Shown: positions 9,742 to 21,427, counted from the first letter of the stretch. The stretch: 49,128 nt of DNA from Nemertoderma westbladi (GCA_032718475.1 JAUCBJ010003680.1:1-49128), one strand, 5' to 3'. Translations and numbers: made by a program. The notes: generated by a model from the sequence alone, not told the origin.

Positions 9742-11255
9742 ATATGGGATGTAGCCGAGGAGTAATGACTCGAAAGTTTAGTTCTGGACTTATTGGATAT
9801 ATTAGAGAATGTGACTCAAATAATAGGATAGCTATGTTAGATGGAACTGTTACCCAGAAATTAAAATGTGAAATGATTACTGCTATGAAAATTGATGGAT
9901 TAAATGAAATTGAATGGTCATTTCTCATTGTTGATTATATTGTTGGTAATTTGGATGTTGTAATCGGGTGGGATTTTATCAAAGCACACGGAGGAGTTTC
10001 AATTAATTGTTCAAATAATGAGCAAGTGACAATTACATTTGGTTGTGCTGCATATCCAATTTCAGCGATCGGAACAGTAGAACAGAAACCACAGTCTCTG
10101 TTAATTATTGAGAAAAACGATTTCAACGCAGAATTTAATGGGAACAATTGGGAGATAGAATATAAATTTAAAGACGACATTCCCCCGGACAGATTAAATA
10201 ATACTGTGGCAGAGTATAAAATTCCTGAGAAATTACAAGATAAATATGAACAAGCAGTTGAAGGGTGGATAAATAACGGCTGGTTAAAGGAGATTAATTA
10301 CATTCCCAAGGCGCTGATACCACTTATGCACAAAAACGAACCCCGTAAAGACAGAGTAAGACCCATTATGGACTTCAGGGAACTGAATAAACATTTAAAA
10401 AACCAACCTGGTACCGACGCTGCAGTGAGCAATGAGAAACTGAGAAAATGGATGAGAAAGGGAAATCAAACGGCCGTTATAGACCTAAAAAATGCGTACA
10501 TGCAGGTTCATGTCAATCAGAAATTACACCCATACCAAGTTGTAAAATTTAAAGGCAAACTCTATGAAATGACGAGATTAGGTTATGGTTTAGCCCCAGC
10601 CCCGAAGATACTAGATTCAATAGTAGAGAAAGTTCTAGAACAGGACAAGAAGATAAAAGATGCAGCAGATAATTTTCGTGATGACATTTATGTAGATGTG
10701 AGTAAGGTAGAAGCGATAGAAGTTGTAAATCATTTGAAAAGGTATGGACTCGGAAGTAAGGATCCAGTTGAAATAAAGAATGGAGCAAGGGTACTCGGTA
10801 TTTCTGTAAAAGATGGCAAATGGCGTCGAGATTCAGAATTGCCTCAACCAGAGGAAATTGAGAAATCAATAAGTCATCGTAGATTGTTGGCAATCATAGG
10901 CAAATTACGTGGAAATTACTTGATTGGGGGATGGCTGAGAGTAGCATGTTCCTGGCTACAAAGACAGGCGTCCAAAACATTAATGGACAGTGCAGTAGAT
11001 GATGATGTAAGAGAGAAATTGCTGGAAACAGTTGTGAGAGTGAACAAACATGACCCAGCTCATGGACATTGGCCGATATCAAATATAGATGTTGGCGAAG
11101 TATGGTGTGATGCCAGCAACATCGCATTGGGAGCATTGATTCGTATTAATGGGATTGTAGCAGAAGACGGAACCTGGCTGAGGAAGGCCATGGATAATGA
11201 AACCAAAAGTAGAGATAGTGGCTATTGGAAAAACTGGCTGTACACCAGAAGATGA
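9624..11255 (+). CDS. pol: Gypsy Pol part 1: aspartic protease, reverse transcriptase, N-terminal RNase H
   Basis: ALVDMGCS (DTG variant), VVIGWDFI, RPIMDFRELN, IDLKNAYMQ, RLGYGLAPAP, FRDD, VWCDAS. Confidence 0.9.
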   Translation, partial: RARGDGGTCASGRFPGDTGKAPAPVIQSICGGKKATALVDMGCSRGVMTRKFSSGLIGYIRECDSNNRIAMLDGTVTQKLKCEMITAMKIDGLNEIEWSFLIVDYIVGNLDVVIGWDFIKAHGGVSINCSNNEQVTITFGCAAYPISAIGTVEQKPQSLLIIEKNDFNAEFNGNNWEIEYKFKDDIPPDRLNNTVAEYKIPEKLQDKYEQAVEGWINNGWLKEINYIPKALIPLMHKNEPRKDRVRPIMDFRELNKHLKNQPGTDAAVSNEKLRKWMRKGNQTAVIDLKNAYMQVHVNQKLHPYQVVKFKGKLYEMTRLGYGLAPAPKILDSIVEKVLEQDKKIKDAADNFRDDIYVDVSKVEAIEVVNHLKRYGLGSKDPVEIKNGARVLGISVKDGKWRRDSELPQPEEIEKSISHRRLLAIIGKLRGNYLIGGWLRVACSWLQRQASKTLMDSAVDDDVREKLLETVVRVNKHDPAHGHWPISNIDVGEVWCDASNIALGALIRINGIVAEDGTWLRKAMDNETKSRDSGYWKNWLYTRR

Positions 11256-12369
11256 AAATAGGTGTGGAAAAGATGCTGTTGGCCGAAGAATACAGAAACT
11301 ACATGAAATAGCGCATACTGGAGCAGAAAGAACTGAAAGTTTGTGTCAAAGGGACAGAGAGTTACAAGGGAAATCATTTAACAAAGCAGTAATAATTGAT
11401 ATATGCAAAACGTGTGATAAATGTAATAGAATTGATCCAATGCCTATTAAGGTAGAAGGGGGTAGCTGTAAAGTCAATAAAGCTTGGCAACGACTGTCAT
11501 TGGACATTACTAAAAATGAGGGAAAAACATATTTTACCATTGAGGACTGTGCATCATCATTTACAATATGGCGACAGATTTACAGAGAAACCAGTGAAGT
11601 AGTCATTAGAGAACTGCAACAGATATTTATAGAGTGGGGCCCATCTGAGGAAGTGATAACTGATAATGGTCCGGCTTTCAGGAGCGAGAAGTTTAATGAG
11701 TTTCTAGATAGTTGGGAAGTTATTCATATAGCAGCTTGTGCTCATAGACCTCAAGGGAATCCTGTCGAGAGGGTTCATCGCACTATCAAGACATGGGCAG
11801 CCCGTTCAGGCAAAGATCCAGTAAAAGTAACGTTCTGGCACAACAGAACAAAAATAAGAGGGAACCAATCGCCGCTAGAGAAACTAATGGAAGAACGAGT
11901 AATCAAACTGCCAGGAGTAAGTAAATACAAAAGAGTAGATCATGGTCCTCCAGTGAATCCACGATATTGTGTGGGAGACATGGTATATGTAAAACCGCAA
12001 CAGCACATTCGTTGTACCCAGGAATGGAATGGACCTTTCAGAGTTGAAGAGGTTATAGATCAACGTTCAATCGTAGTGAATGGATTTCGAAGACATCTGC
12101 AACATATCAGACCAGCAAAATATAAAACTCCAGCAACTATAGGTCATGATATTGAGGAACGAGCTAGCTCTGATGATCAAAATATTAGTGAAAGTGATAG
12201 TGAATCAGAGGAGAATGACGATAATGTTGAAGATAACGAACAAATAGTAAACAGTGAAAATGACGAAACAATAGACTACGGTGACAGTCAACCTAACTCG
12301 GGGAACCAATACTATATTACGAGGGGAGGCCGACAGTCTAGGCCGCCTGATAGATTGCAATATATGTAA
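11197..12369 (+). CDS. Gypsy integrase, out of frame with RT after a deletion
   Basis: HEIAHTG...C..C zinc domain, LSLDIT / TDNGPAF / NPVERVHRT DDE core, WNGPF (GPY/F) motif. Confidence 0.9.
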   Translation: MKPKVEIVAIGKTGCTPEDENRCGKDAVGRRIQKLHEIAHTGAERTESLCQRDRELQGKSFNKAVIIDICKTCDKCNRIDPMPIKVEGGSCKVNKAWQRLSLDITKNEGKTYFTIEDCASSFTIWRQIYRETSEVVIRELQQIFIEWGPSEEVITDNGPAFRSEKFNEFLDSWEVIHIAACAHRPQGNPVERVHRTIKTWAARSGKDPVKVTFWHNRTKIRGNQSPLEKLMEERVIKLPGVSKYKRVDHGPPVNPRYCVGDMVYVKPQQHIRCTQEWNGPFRVEEVIDQRSIVVNGFRRHLQHIRPAKYKTPATIGHDIEERASSDDQNISESDSESEENDDNVEDNEQIVNSENDETIDYGDSQPNSGNQYYITRGGRQSRPPDRLQYM

Positions 12370-12409
12370 ATAAGATTATGGTTATTGAGTTCTATAGAAC
12401 TGGGGGGGA

Positions 12410-12530
12410 TATACTAATATACTAGATATATGGTGGAGGGAAGTTTGAACGATGAGATTGTATCTGTATGTAGAAGGTAGAAAGAGAGAGTAATAGAGCT
12501 TACAGAAAAACGCTATTCAGTTCTTATACA
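12410..12530 (+). repeat. Gypsy 3' LTR (121 bp, TA...CA)
   Basis: Follows the PPT, ends TATACA, then TSD GTAGT. Confidence 0.95.
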
Positions 12531-13015
12531 GTAGTAGTCTTATTAGTTTAATGTGTGGTCCTGAAACAGAGTCAAATGCTTTAATCAAATCTCAAACAAA
12601 TAAGAGCCAATTTTCAGTTTGTCTTTGTAGATAGTTCTCCAATCATTTATCCCAGGGCGTAATTGGCTCCATGTGTGCCTGTACCTTTATGAAAACCATA
12701 TTAATTCCCCTAAAAGCCAGTTCAGATATCTATGATTACAAATATGATCTTTCCCATTTTTTTTTTTTTTACCACATATTAACAGCACAGAACGGTTATT
12801 TTACTCACTGACCTGTCACTGCGTTCTTGCAGCCCTGTAACCGAAACACTAAGAGGAGAGCTGTGCACCTATGCGCTGTTTGTAACTTACATTGCATTAG
12901 TTTTGCACATCACTGTCACTGAAACGTGATTCTCTGAACCGTTTCTTTCATCGAACCCACTTGCACTGCTCTATTCACACGAAGTTACTATATATTAATT
13001 TTATATTATTTGCAG

Positions 13016-13614
13016 GTCGAGATTTTAAGCCTTTACAGATGCTTCGAACTCGCGCCTTCTACACACTTTGGTTTATGTATTTCTTCAACGGCCAAGCGAA
13101 TAATTTTCTCCAGTCGTTGTACAAAGCGTTCGGGCAGCGGTTTATTGATGACGACCACTTTCTCGCTCTGATTGGCTCCTTGGCCGCATTGTGCGTGGCC
13201 GGAGGTCGGTTAATGTGGGGTCTTCTATCAGACAAGTACCCTTTCAAGGTGTTAATGATCTGTCTCAGCAGTATTGTAGCTATACTCATGTTTACATTCT
13301 ATACCACGCAGTTTGTCGGGCGTATTATGTTCCTAATTTGGACCAGCGCGTCGCTATTGGCCATCGCAGGAAACTTTTCCTTATTTCCCGCGGCTTCTTC
13401 TAAAACTTTCGGTTTGACTAACGCCGGAGTAAACTACGGACTATTGTACACGTGTGTGGGTGTTTACGGGCCAGTTAATGCGGCCGTCACCTCGGTATTA
13501 TCGGCCGCCCTTGGTTGGTTTGGGTTATTTTGTGTTGTAGCTATTTTTTCTTTAATTTCAGCTTTTCTTGCGTTTACCTTTAATGTTAAAAATACTGCTG
13601 GTTCTGATTTGTAG
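13016..13614 (+). CDS. Terminal coding exon of an MFS transporter (oxalate:formate antiporter-like), C-terminal six helices
   Basis: Splice acceptor tttatattatttgcag at 13015; YKAFGQRFIDDDHFLALIGS, GRLMWGLLSDKY (motif A-like), FGLTNAGVNYGLLY; stop at 13614. Upstream exons not found in the window. Confidence 0.85.
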
Positions 13615-14185
13615 CACTTGGAGTAATACTGTATATTAACATAATAACAAATTGAAGTTTCCTAGTAGTATGTTTATTGACAATTAGTTTATAATGAGCA
13701 CATTACAGATAACCAGATCCGATCAAGCAATTCTCCATATTATATTACTCAACTTTATTTCTTTTCAAAATTAAGATTAACATACACCTAAAATAATCTG
13801 GTAATTATAAACAGCACTATTATACAATAGTGCTTGAAAAATATAATCGTATAATCTCTCGAGACATGACAGGGAGGTAGGATTGGATACGTGGTTAATG
13901 TCGAGGCAGGGGGCTGTGAAGTAGAACTTTTTAAGCTATGTGAACTATATTTACCACTATTGATACCTGCTTATGTAATCTAGTCTACGTTAGTGGGGGA
14001 TTCACGCAGGACGTAGGTTGCAAACTTAGCCAACTAGTACCACTATTTCAACCATTGACTAGTCGCCCTCTAGCAAGAGACTGGAGAACTACTGCTGAAT
14101 CCCCCACTTCAATTCAATGTTAGACTTTGTCAGACTACAGGTGAACCGAGTTTGGTTTCGTAGTCTCAAAGAGTGAATAAGTTTT

Positions 14186-14996
14186 TAGGGCGGTGCGTTT
14201 TTTACTTTTTTTCGATTTCATTGTTCTACCGGTGCATAAAAGTTGCCGAATGGTAAAAAAATAAGGCAAAGAAAATTTTTTTAAATTTCGTCTATATCTT
14301 CACGGATCCCAATAGGGTTGAAATTTTGAGCCATCGCGATGCACCATAATGAAATTTAAACTATATAAAAAAAAGTAAGTAAAGTAAATTTTCTTCGGCC
14401 GCTAGGCCAGGGATTACGCACAAAGTCTGACGACTTATTTCCGTACTTATTTCCTGTCCCCCAGAACTTTACTCCCCAGAGGAAACTCCAGTACTCATTT
14501 AGCTTCCACTTAAGAATGCAAGGCAGCCCTGGCTGGTCCCTTTAAAGCATTCGTGCCGAAATGAAAACTGCCCTGGCCCATGTGAGGATCGAACCCAAAA
14601 CTACAAATGATACTTTGAATTATTTGGAATTTGGAATTCTTTGGAATCAAGAATAGACACATCACAGAAAATGATCAATGTAGTGGGTGTAGACACCTTC
14701 AAAATAAGAGTAGAGTCAGTAGTTCTTGAGCTATTTTACAAAATGTCAAGACTATGTCCACCAATTTATTGATACTTGATATTGAGATTGAGATTGAGAT
14801 TGACAATTCGTACAAAAACTATAATGAACTAATCACTACTCTTTCATTTTAAAGGTGTCTGTATACACTAAATCAATTTGTTGCAGTGATGTGTATATTT
14901 TTGATGCCTTAAGATGATTGAAAGTATCATTGTTAGTGTATTTGCCCATATAGCTTCAAGGCAGTAATGTAGACTTGTGCCGGACTTCACATTTTC
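14186..14996. mobile_element. Left half of hAT-type foldback MITE (truncated copy of 30763-32033)
   Basis: Starts TAGGGCGGTGCG, near-identical to 30763-31547, right TIR absent. Confidence 0.75.
14367..14596 (-). mobile_element. 5'-truncated tRNA-derived SINE nested in the MITE
   Basis: B box GGGTTCGATCC at the 5' end, AAATGAGTAC core-like motif, (TTTAC)n/T tail; duplicated at 30944-31166. Confidence 0.6.
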
Positions 14997-16399
14997 TCTT
15001 ACGAATTATCCCCGCACCTTCCCATTTGGTCCAATTATATAATACTACCAGACTACAGTACATGACATTAATATAGCTAGCTACCTTACCTACAATACCT
15101 GTAATTATTAAAAATACACGAAAGCTCCAGGTTCTCTCATTGGCTACCTGGGGTTGTTTGTTGTTGACCCATTGTGTATTTTTCTGTAGTTTGGGAGCCA
15201 GCTTGCAGCTAAATGACTAGGCGATGAGGTTTGCATGCGCTGGTATCCATATGTACAATGTCTTGTAACTTAACCTTAATCATATTATACCTGAAGTGTG
15301 TCCTTCGCGCAGCACGCGTCAAAGCATCTAAGCAGATGTCCCTTGATCACTTTACAAGAAGACAAATTATAAGATGACCTCTTAAGCTATGTGAACTATA
15401 TTTACCACTATTGTTACATGCTTTGTTATATTACGTAATCTAGTCTACGTTAGTGGGGGGTTCAGGCAGGACGGAGGTTGCAAACTTAGCCAACTAGTAC
15501 CACTATTTCAACCATTGACTAGTCGCCCTCTAGCAAGAGACTGGAGAACTACTGCTGAATCCCCCACTTCAATTCAATGTTAGACTTTGACAGGCTACAG
15601 GTGAACCGAGTTTGGTTTCGTATTCTCAAAGGGTGAAGAAGTTATTAGCTTTCAAACATTTGGCGTCAGACAGACCGAATCACAAACATAAAACGGTAGA
15701 AACAGCGGCACCCATATGATAAGCTCGATTGCTTCATCACTCCCCCAACAAGCTATGGGTGACAAGGGCAGTATATATTGTATGTGTTTTATTGACCCAA
15801 AAGGAAATGCAAGTTTCATAAACAGACAAGCAAAGAAATTACTTTTTACGAGGTCCTAAGAACAGTACTTAACAGATAACAAGAATATTAATTTGGATAA
15901 TATAAGACAAAGCGAAACAAACAAGAAACTATACACAATTACAAGAAATAGAATGGAACATGGAACAGGGTAAGGCACAGGTAATAAAAAGATATACAAA
16001 ATATGAGGCGATTCTGTGACAGTTACATCTAGAGTTAGAACATTAGACGGTGACTAATGAGATTGAAACATTAGTGGTAGAAGATATCGAGATTTACAAA
16101 AATTGGTCGCTGCAATAAAAACGTATGATGGTTGACGAAACAATGGAAAACAAAACGCGATGATTGTACCTGAATAACTAACAATAATAGTAGTTAGGAG
16201 GCGAGGGCGATAAGTACAGCGATAGATAATTTTAACAAGGAAAAATGTCTCAACACAAAACATAATTAATTGTTGATTAATCACAAAAATACAAACAAAT
16301 AAGCCTACAACAAATTACAAACAAAACAAACAAGTTACAATAAAAAAAAGAACATATCGCGAGGTGGGCGTGGGGTCAGCAAGCCGGTCAACAAAGTAT

Positions 16400-16690
16400 T
16401 TTATTTAATACAAATTACTATTAACAAATTACATTCAAAAACATGCAGGATAGTTCGTGTTGTGGGGCTTAGCAAGCTGGTTTACAAATATACTTTATTT
16501 AACTTCTTTACGAAGTTTTAGAAGGCGGGATATAAAAGTTGGTAATTCTGGCTTGTCCATTATATCCGGTAAGGGTATATCTAGATTCTCCGAATTGAGG
16601 AAACCACGGCGATAATCGGAATAGTTTGGACATTTAAGAACAAAGTGTGATTCGTCCTGGACCGAACCGCACTTCCACAGCCGTACTATT
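16400..16690 (-). mobile_element. 3' end fragment of CR1/L2-like LINE
   Basis: KCGSVQDESHFVLKCPNYSDYR resembles the LINE ORF2 C-terminal C..EDE.HF...CP.Y motif; copy at ~35700-35955. Confidence 0.6.
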
Positions 16691-17735
16691 TCGGCCGAAA
16701 ATGACATCAAATTGAAGAGCTGATAAAAATGTAATAATATATTTCGGCCGAAAATTCAGTCGAAATTTCGGCCGAAAATGACATCAAATGAAATGTAACA
16801 AAATATGTCGGCCGAAATTTCGGCCGAAAATATGTTTTGAAATTCTCTAATATTCTTTTTAAAACCTTTAATATTATTGCTGACTTTTTGGCGTTAACGG
16901 CGCCTCATAGAGTGGGGGTGCAGCAAAAGCTGCAAGCCATCTTAGTGAACAATTATAATTATACTATGGCTAGTTCGATTCCTCGAACAACCGCTAACAG
17001 TCGCTGTGTAACATGGTGAAGCAAGCTGGCAAGGGAAGTTGCAGGTTGCAGGTTGCAGGTATAATTATAACAGTTCGCTGATGGCTCGAAGTTTTGACTC
17101 GCCCCACATATCATTGGATATATGATTCTCTACACCCATTGGCTTGTTAGTAAAGGGGCAGGATATAAGGATGGAGACAGTGCCATACTGGGACCGGGGA
17201 TTTGAATTGGCCTTATGATAAACATATTGATGAGGTTGAAGAATATGGAGTAGAAAGTTAAAGTACCTTTGAAAATTGTAGTAGAGAGTTTCCGCCACAT
17301 GATAGAGAGCTCTTTAGGGTTTCAAATTAAGGTTTGATAATTAAGAATCTCTTAGCTTCTTTCCAGTCTCCATTTTTCCGCAGATTTTTGGACAACACCA
17401 TGGTGATGATGAATAAAAAACGTGTTGTGGCATTTAGCGCCGTGATTGGCTAGAGCTACAATAACATGTATAGTATAGGCCTACTATTCAACAATAATAT
17501 ACTATTAGTTATTGATAGTAACAATCTGTTGGCAAGCTGTATTTTTTGAGGCGTTTGTTATTATCATTTGAGGTTAATACCCCTAGATAACTTCCTATAA
17601 TACTATTAGTTGGCACACTGGGAAGAGCTATTCAACTGGCGGGATAATACATTACAAATTTGTGTAGGCCTAGAGTATACTACTATAATATACTATTAGT
17701 TGGCACACTGGGAAGAGCTATTCAACTGGTGGGAT

Positions 17736-20700
17736 GATGATGATGATGATCGGCTTGCACTAGGGTGCAGTGCCGGCGGCCCCAGAAACATAGCGCCCCC
17801 AGATCTTGCGGTCAGCCATACAATTTCCTAATTCATTCCTGTTCTCAAGTCCTGTGTCCTTGAGCAGGCGTTTGAGGAAAGTCATTGGCTGTCCACCACG
17901 TCTATTCTCGCCAGCAGGCTGCCACAGCACAAGGTTGTGTACAGGTTGATCCTGCCGGCGGAAACAGTGCCCAGCAAGCATTAGACGGCGTTTCTGCAGG
18001 GTGATGCTAGGTCTTGGCAATGAGATGTTACCATATTTATATAACACCTCATTGCTTATGTGTGCATCATATGCTATGTTGTGCACCCGGCGAAACATCC
18101 TGGTGTATGTGCCATCCAAGGACCTGGTGTCTTCAGCAGTTAGAGCCCAGCATGGGCTGCCATAGAGCAGCACAGGCTCCACTGCTGCACGGAAAAGGCG
18201 TACCTTTAAAGAGCATGAGATGTCAGAGCTCTTCCACATCCCGGATAACTTGTGGATGGCGGACCAGGCTTTCCCTTTGCGAATTCGGAGATCTTCAGCA
18301 GACCTCCGAACCCATGATCCAAGGTAGCAGAAGTCGTTCACATGACTTACCAGTCCATCCAGCGATTGAATGTTATCCCGATCAATTTTCTGCTGATCTG
18401 AATCCATGTTTACTGTCAGAATTCTGGTCTTTGTGCTATTCACAAAGAGGCCAACACTAGATGCAGCCTCCTCTAAGCTAGATAGCAGCTTCTGTGCTCC
18501 TTCTAATGTCTCTGACAGTAAACCAAGGTCATCTGCAAAGTCAAGGTCGGTTAGATGTTCTGCTGGGGAAACACGTCTACGGCTACCTGATGGTGGAGAT
18601 ATTTCCACCCCATCAGCTTCATGAAGATCGAGTGATGTCCGCAGCACATAGTCCACCACAATAATGAAGAGGAACGGGGCTAATGTGTCTCCTTGAAGGA
18701 CACCCCAGAGAACCTCAAATGGGTCTGTGTCTCCATCAGTAGTGGATACAAAGGTCGTGGAACCGTGATATACTAATCTGATTGCATTAATGATCTCATT
18801 GGGGATCCCATATGCCTGAAGAATTTGGAACATGCGTGGGCGTGACACGGAATCGAAGGCCTTGAAGAAATCCACAAATAAGACAGCCAAATGTCTGTCT
18901 TTCTTTGTAGAAACTTCTTCAATAATCCTAAGTGCCAGAATGGGTTCAAAGGTACCTCTACCTTTTTGAAACCCATTTTGATTCCCACGCAAGAGTCTTT
19001 CTACAGGATCCCTAATGCGATTCAGCATTATTCTGTTGAATAATTTAGCTGCAATTGAGATTAGACTAATTCCACGATATGAACCAAAATAGGAGAGGTT
19101 GCCCTTCTTTGGAACGGGTGTTAGCCGATTAGTCTTCAGTTCTTGTGGTGCAATCTTAGTGCGGTACATTTCTGCTAGGATAGGGTGGGCTAGTTGAAGG
19201 CATTCTCTGATCTTAAAGACCTCGGGAGGCACATCATCAACACCAGATGCCCTTTTGGTTTTAATGTCATTCGAAGCAGTTAAGACCTCTTCGAATGTTA
19301 TGTCACCAATTGGGATGTCTGAGAGTATTGTGTGTGACACAGGCTTTACAGTGAAATCGTCAGTCAGTTCTCGATCATTATTTAGCAATTTCTCGAAATG
19401 AGACTTCCAGCATGCCAAGCGGTCGGCTGGAGAATCAGCCTTCACCTTGGCAGTTGGTCGGCTTTTTCTTCCAGAGAGCAGGTTGATTGCTTGCCAGGCT
19501 TCAGCAGATTTCCTGCTTTCGTCAGCAGCATTGATAGTATCAACCTGCTCGCTGATAAGCTTTGCTTTATTAATCGAGTATTGCTTGTTTAGAGATTTCA
19601 CTGAAGCTTTCACTGCATTTTTTGCAGAAGTTGTACGTCGGCTACGATACTCTCTTTGGGCTTTGTTCAATGCCTCTACAGGTCTAGAATCTTCTTCAAC
19701 TTCCGTGGCTTTAGATGAACAGTTTTCTTTGCAGCTGACTTTACTGCTGCAGCAAACTGGGTATATTTCTCACAGTGGTTCATTTCTTCATTTATGAGAC
19801 TGGAATATCTATTTGTAACCTCAATTGTAAAGTTATCCTTTATAATGGGGTTTTTATCCAAGGTAGACCAGTCATGATGTGGGGTGGACTTTTTAAGACC
19901 CTTGTTTGCACGAAGGCTTAATTTGGTCTTTCCCATAACCAATCGATGGTCAGTCTGAAATGTCCGCACTGTGAGAGAAGAGCAGTCAATTATTGATCCT
20001 CTGTATTTCTTACGGAAGATGAGGTGGTCTATCTGGGACTTATGACCACTGGGTCCCACATGGGTGTACAGCTTTCCAGGTCGTTTTTGGAAATTTGTAT
20101 TGGCCGAAAACAGCTCATTTGCCAGAAGAAAATCTTGCAAATGACCTGAATTTCGGTTTACAGTGTCACTATAAACCCATGGGTTAGAAGAGGATCTTGG
20201 TAAGCTGGCATTGAAGTCGCCAAGGATAGTGAGAAAGGCATGCTTGTCTATACAGTCAGTAGCTGCTTGCAGCTGGTTATAGAATGTGTCTACATTCAGC
20301 TATATCAGCAGTACTAGTTGGAGAATAGCATACCATAATCACAACCTTGGGGAACTTTTTTGCCATCTTACCAGCGCAAGTGAAGTGGTAGCAAATTATA
20401 CGGGGGGAAATGGATTCTACCTTGTCTAGTGCTGCAAAAGCAGTTGGATTTAAAAGCAGACCCACTCCCCCGTTTCCCTGATCATCCGCTGAGGAATGAA
20501 CAAGCTGCCAACCACCACCCATACCCTGGTATCTTACCTCTTCAGAGCACCTCATGCGGTGTTCCTGAATACCGACTGCAGTCAGGTTCAGCTTATCTGC
20601 AAGAGCAGTAAGTTCCCCTTGTTGCAGTGGTGGGTTGAGAGTCCTGGGATTTATTGAGGCAAGCATGGTAACTTGTCTCATGTTCACCAGGGGGTTTTTG

Positions 20701-21427
20701 GGCCTAGATGGTACATGAGCCCAGTGGGAAGAGTCTGCATTGGAAATCCCAGACTGAATTTCGCCATTTGGCCTCCCTCCAATAGGGTTTGGGCCAAGTG
20801 GGTCATTATCAGGGAGGGGTAAAGCAATGCCGGCTCCTCCCTCTCCTAGGGGTTGGGATACAGACTGCCTGTCAGGAGAAGACTGGCGCCTGTGGGGCCT
20901 TGTAAGTCCGGGCTCTCCACTGGCCCCAGATGGCCGGACCTCCGCGTTACTGGTACTATCCATTGTGGTTAGAAAGGGGGGGTGCTTTGTTACCGAGTAC
21001 GCTCTCGGGGCAGGTACCACACCCTGGTTTGCCAGTCCACAGGGGGGGGGGGGGGGGGGGGGGTTCCAGTGGGGTTACAATGGGCCCATCTCCCAAAGCT
21101 CCCCTGGTACATATGGCCCACCATTGGCAAGTGGCTCATCTGCTAGGCCATATACTACACCCCTGCTACAGGTGCAGCTTGCAGTGGGAGGTACCTTCGT
21201 CTTTATAGACGCAAGGTACATCCTAATACTTGACCAGCCCTTGGTTGATGACCTGCCTGATCAAGTCCCATACCCCTGCAGCCAGGTATGAGGGTCCAGC
21301 TCTAGGACCAGGGAAAAGCCTACATCCACTCAGCATGGAAGTAGGGACAGGCAGTGGCAGGTAGTACCATGTTACTGCAATAATGGTAGCAGGAATTCTG
21401 CATAAGAAGACCTGACCTGACCCTGGA
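17736..21427 (-). mobile_element. Near full-length RTE-clade LINE (APE endonuclease + RT), frameshifted
   Basis: ATG at 20963; GIQEHR, GGVGLLL, CYSPT, SQIDH, TDHRLV, FKAFDSV, GVLQGDTLAP, LDFADD in three ORF pieces; (ATC)n tail; GGGAT duplicated at 17731-17735 and 21428-21432. Confidence 0.93.
17760..19670 (-). CDS. RTE reverse transcriptase portion (636 aa)
   Basis: ORF track protein with all RT motifs; joined to upstream endonuclease ORFs only through frameshifts. Confidence 0.85.
   Translation of the reverse strand: MNKAQREYRSRRTTSAKNAVKASVKSLNKQYSINKAKLISEQVDTINAADESRKSAEAWQAINLLSGRKSRPTAKVKADSPADRLACWKSHFEKLLNNDRELTDDFTVKPVSHTILSDIPIGDITFEEVLTASNDIKTKRASGVDDVPPEVFKIRECLQLAHPILAEMYRTKIAPQELKTNRLTPVPKKGNLSYFGSYRGISLISIAAKLFNRIMLNRIRDPVERLLRGNQNGFQKGRGTFEPILALRIIEEVSTKKDRHLAVLFVDFFKAFDSVSRPRMFQILQAYGIPNEIINAIRLVYHGSTTFVSTTDGDTDPFEVLWGVLQGDTLAPFLFIIVVDYVLRTSLDLHEADGVEISPPSGSRRRVSPAEHLTDLDFADDLGLLSETLEGAQKLLSSLEEAASSVGLFVNSTKTRILTVNMDSDQQKIDRDNIQSLDGLVSHVNDFCYLGSWVRRSAEDLRIRKGKAWSAIHKLSGMWKSSDISCSLKVRLFRAAVEPVLLYGSPCWALTAEDTRSLDGTYTRMFRRVHNIAYDAHISNEVLYKYGNISLPRPSITLQKRRLMLAGHCFRRQDQPVHNLVLWQPAGENRRGGQPMTFLKRLLKDTGLENRNELGNCMADRKIWGRYVSGAAGTAP

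Larger units (their letters stand above)
8506..12530 (+). mobile_element. Gypsy/Ty3 LTR retrotransposon, recent, with internal RNase H deletion
   Basis: Near-identical LTRs (1 mismatch in 119 bp), TSD GTAGT at 8501-8505 and 12531-12535, PPT GGGGGGGA at 12402-12409, domain order gag-PR-RT-RH-IN. Confidence 0.95.

Noticed and set aside
12961-13015. ORF-track N-terminus of the 217-aa MFS protein
   Set aside because: Non-ATG start in AT-rich intron sequence before a splice acceptor.
17065-17410. THAP-like or other small gene
   Set aside because: Only a vague Cys pattern, interrupted by stops; unsupported.
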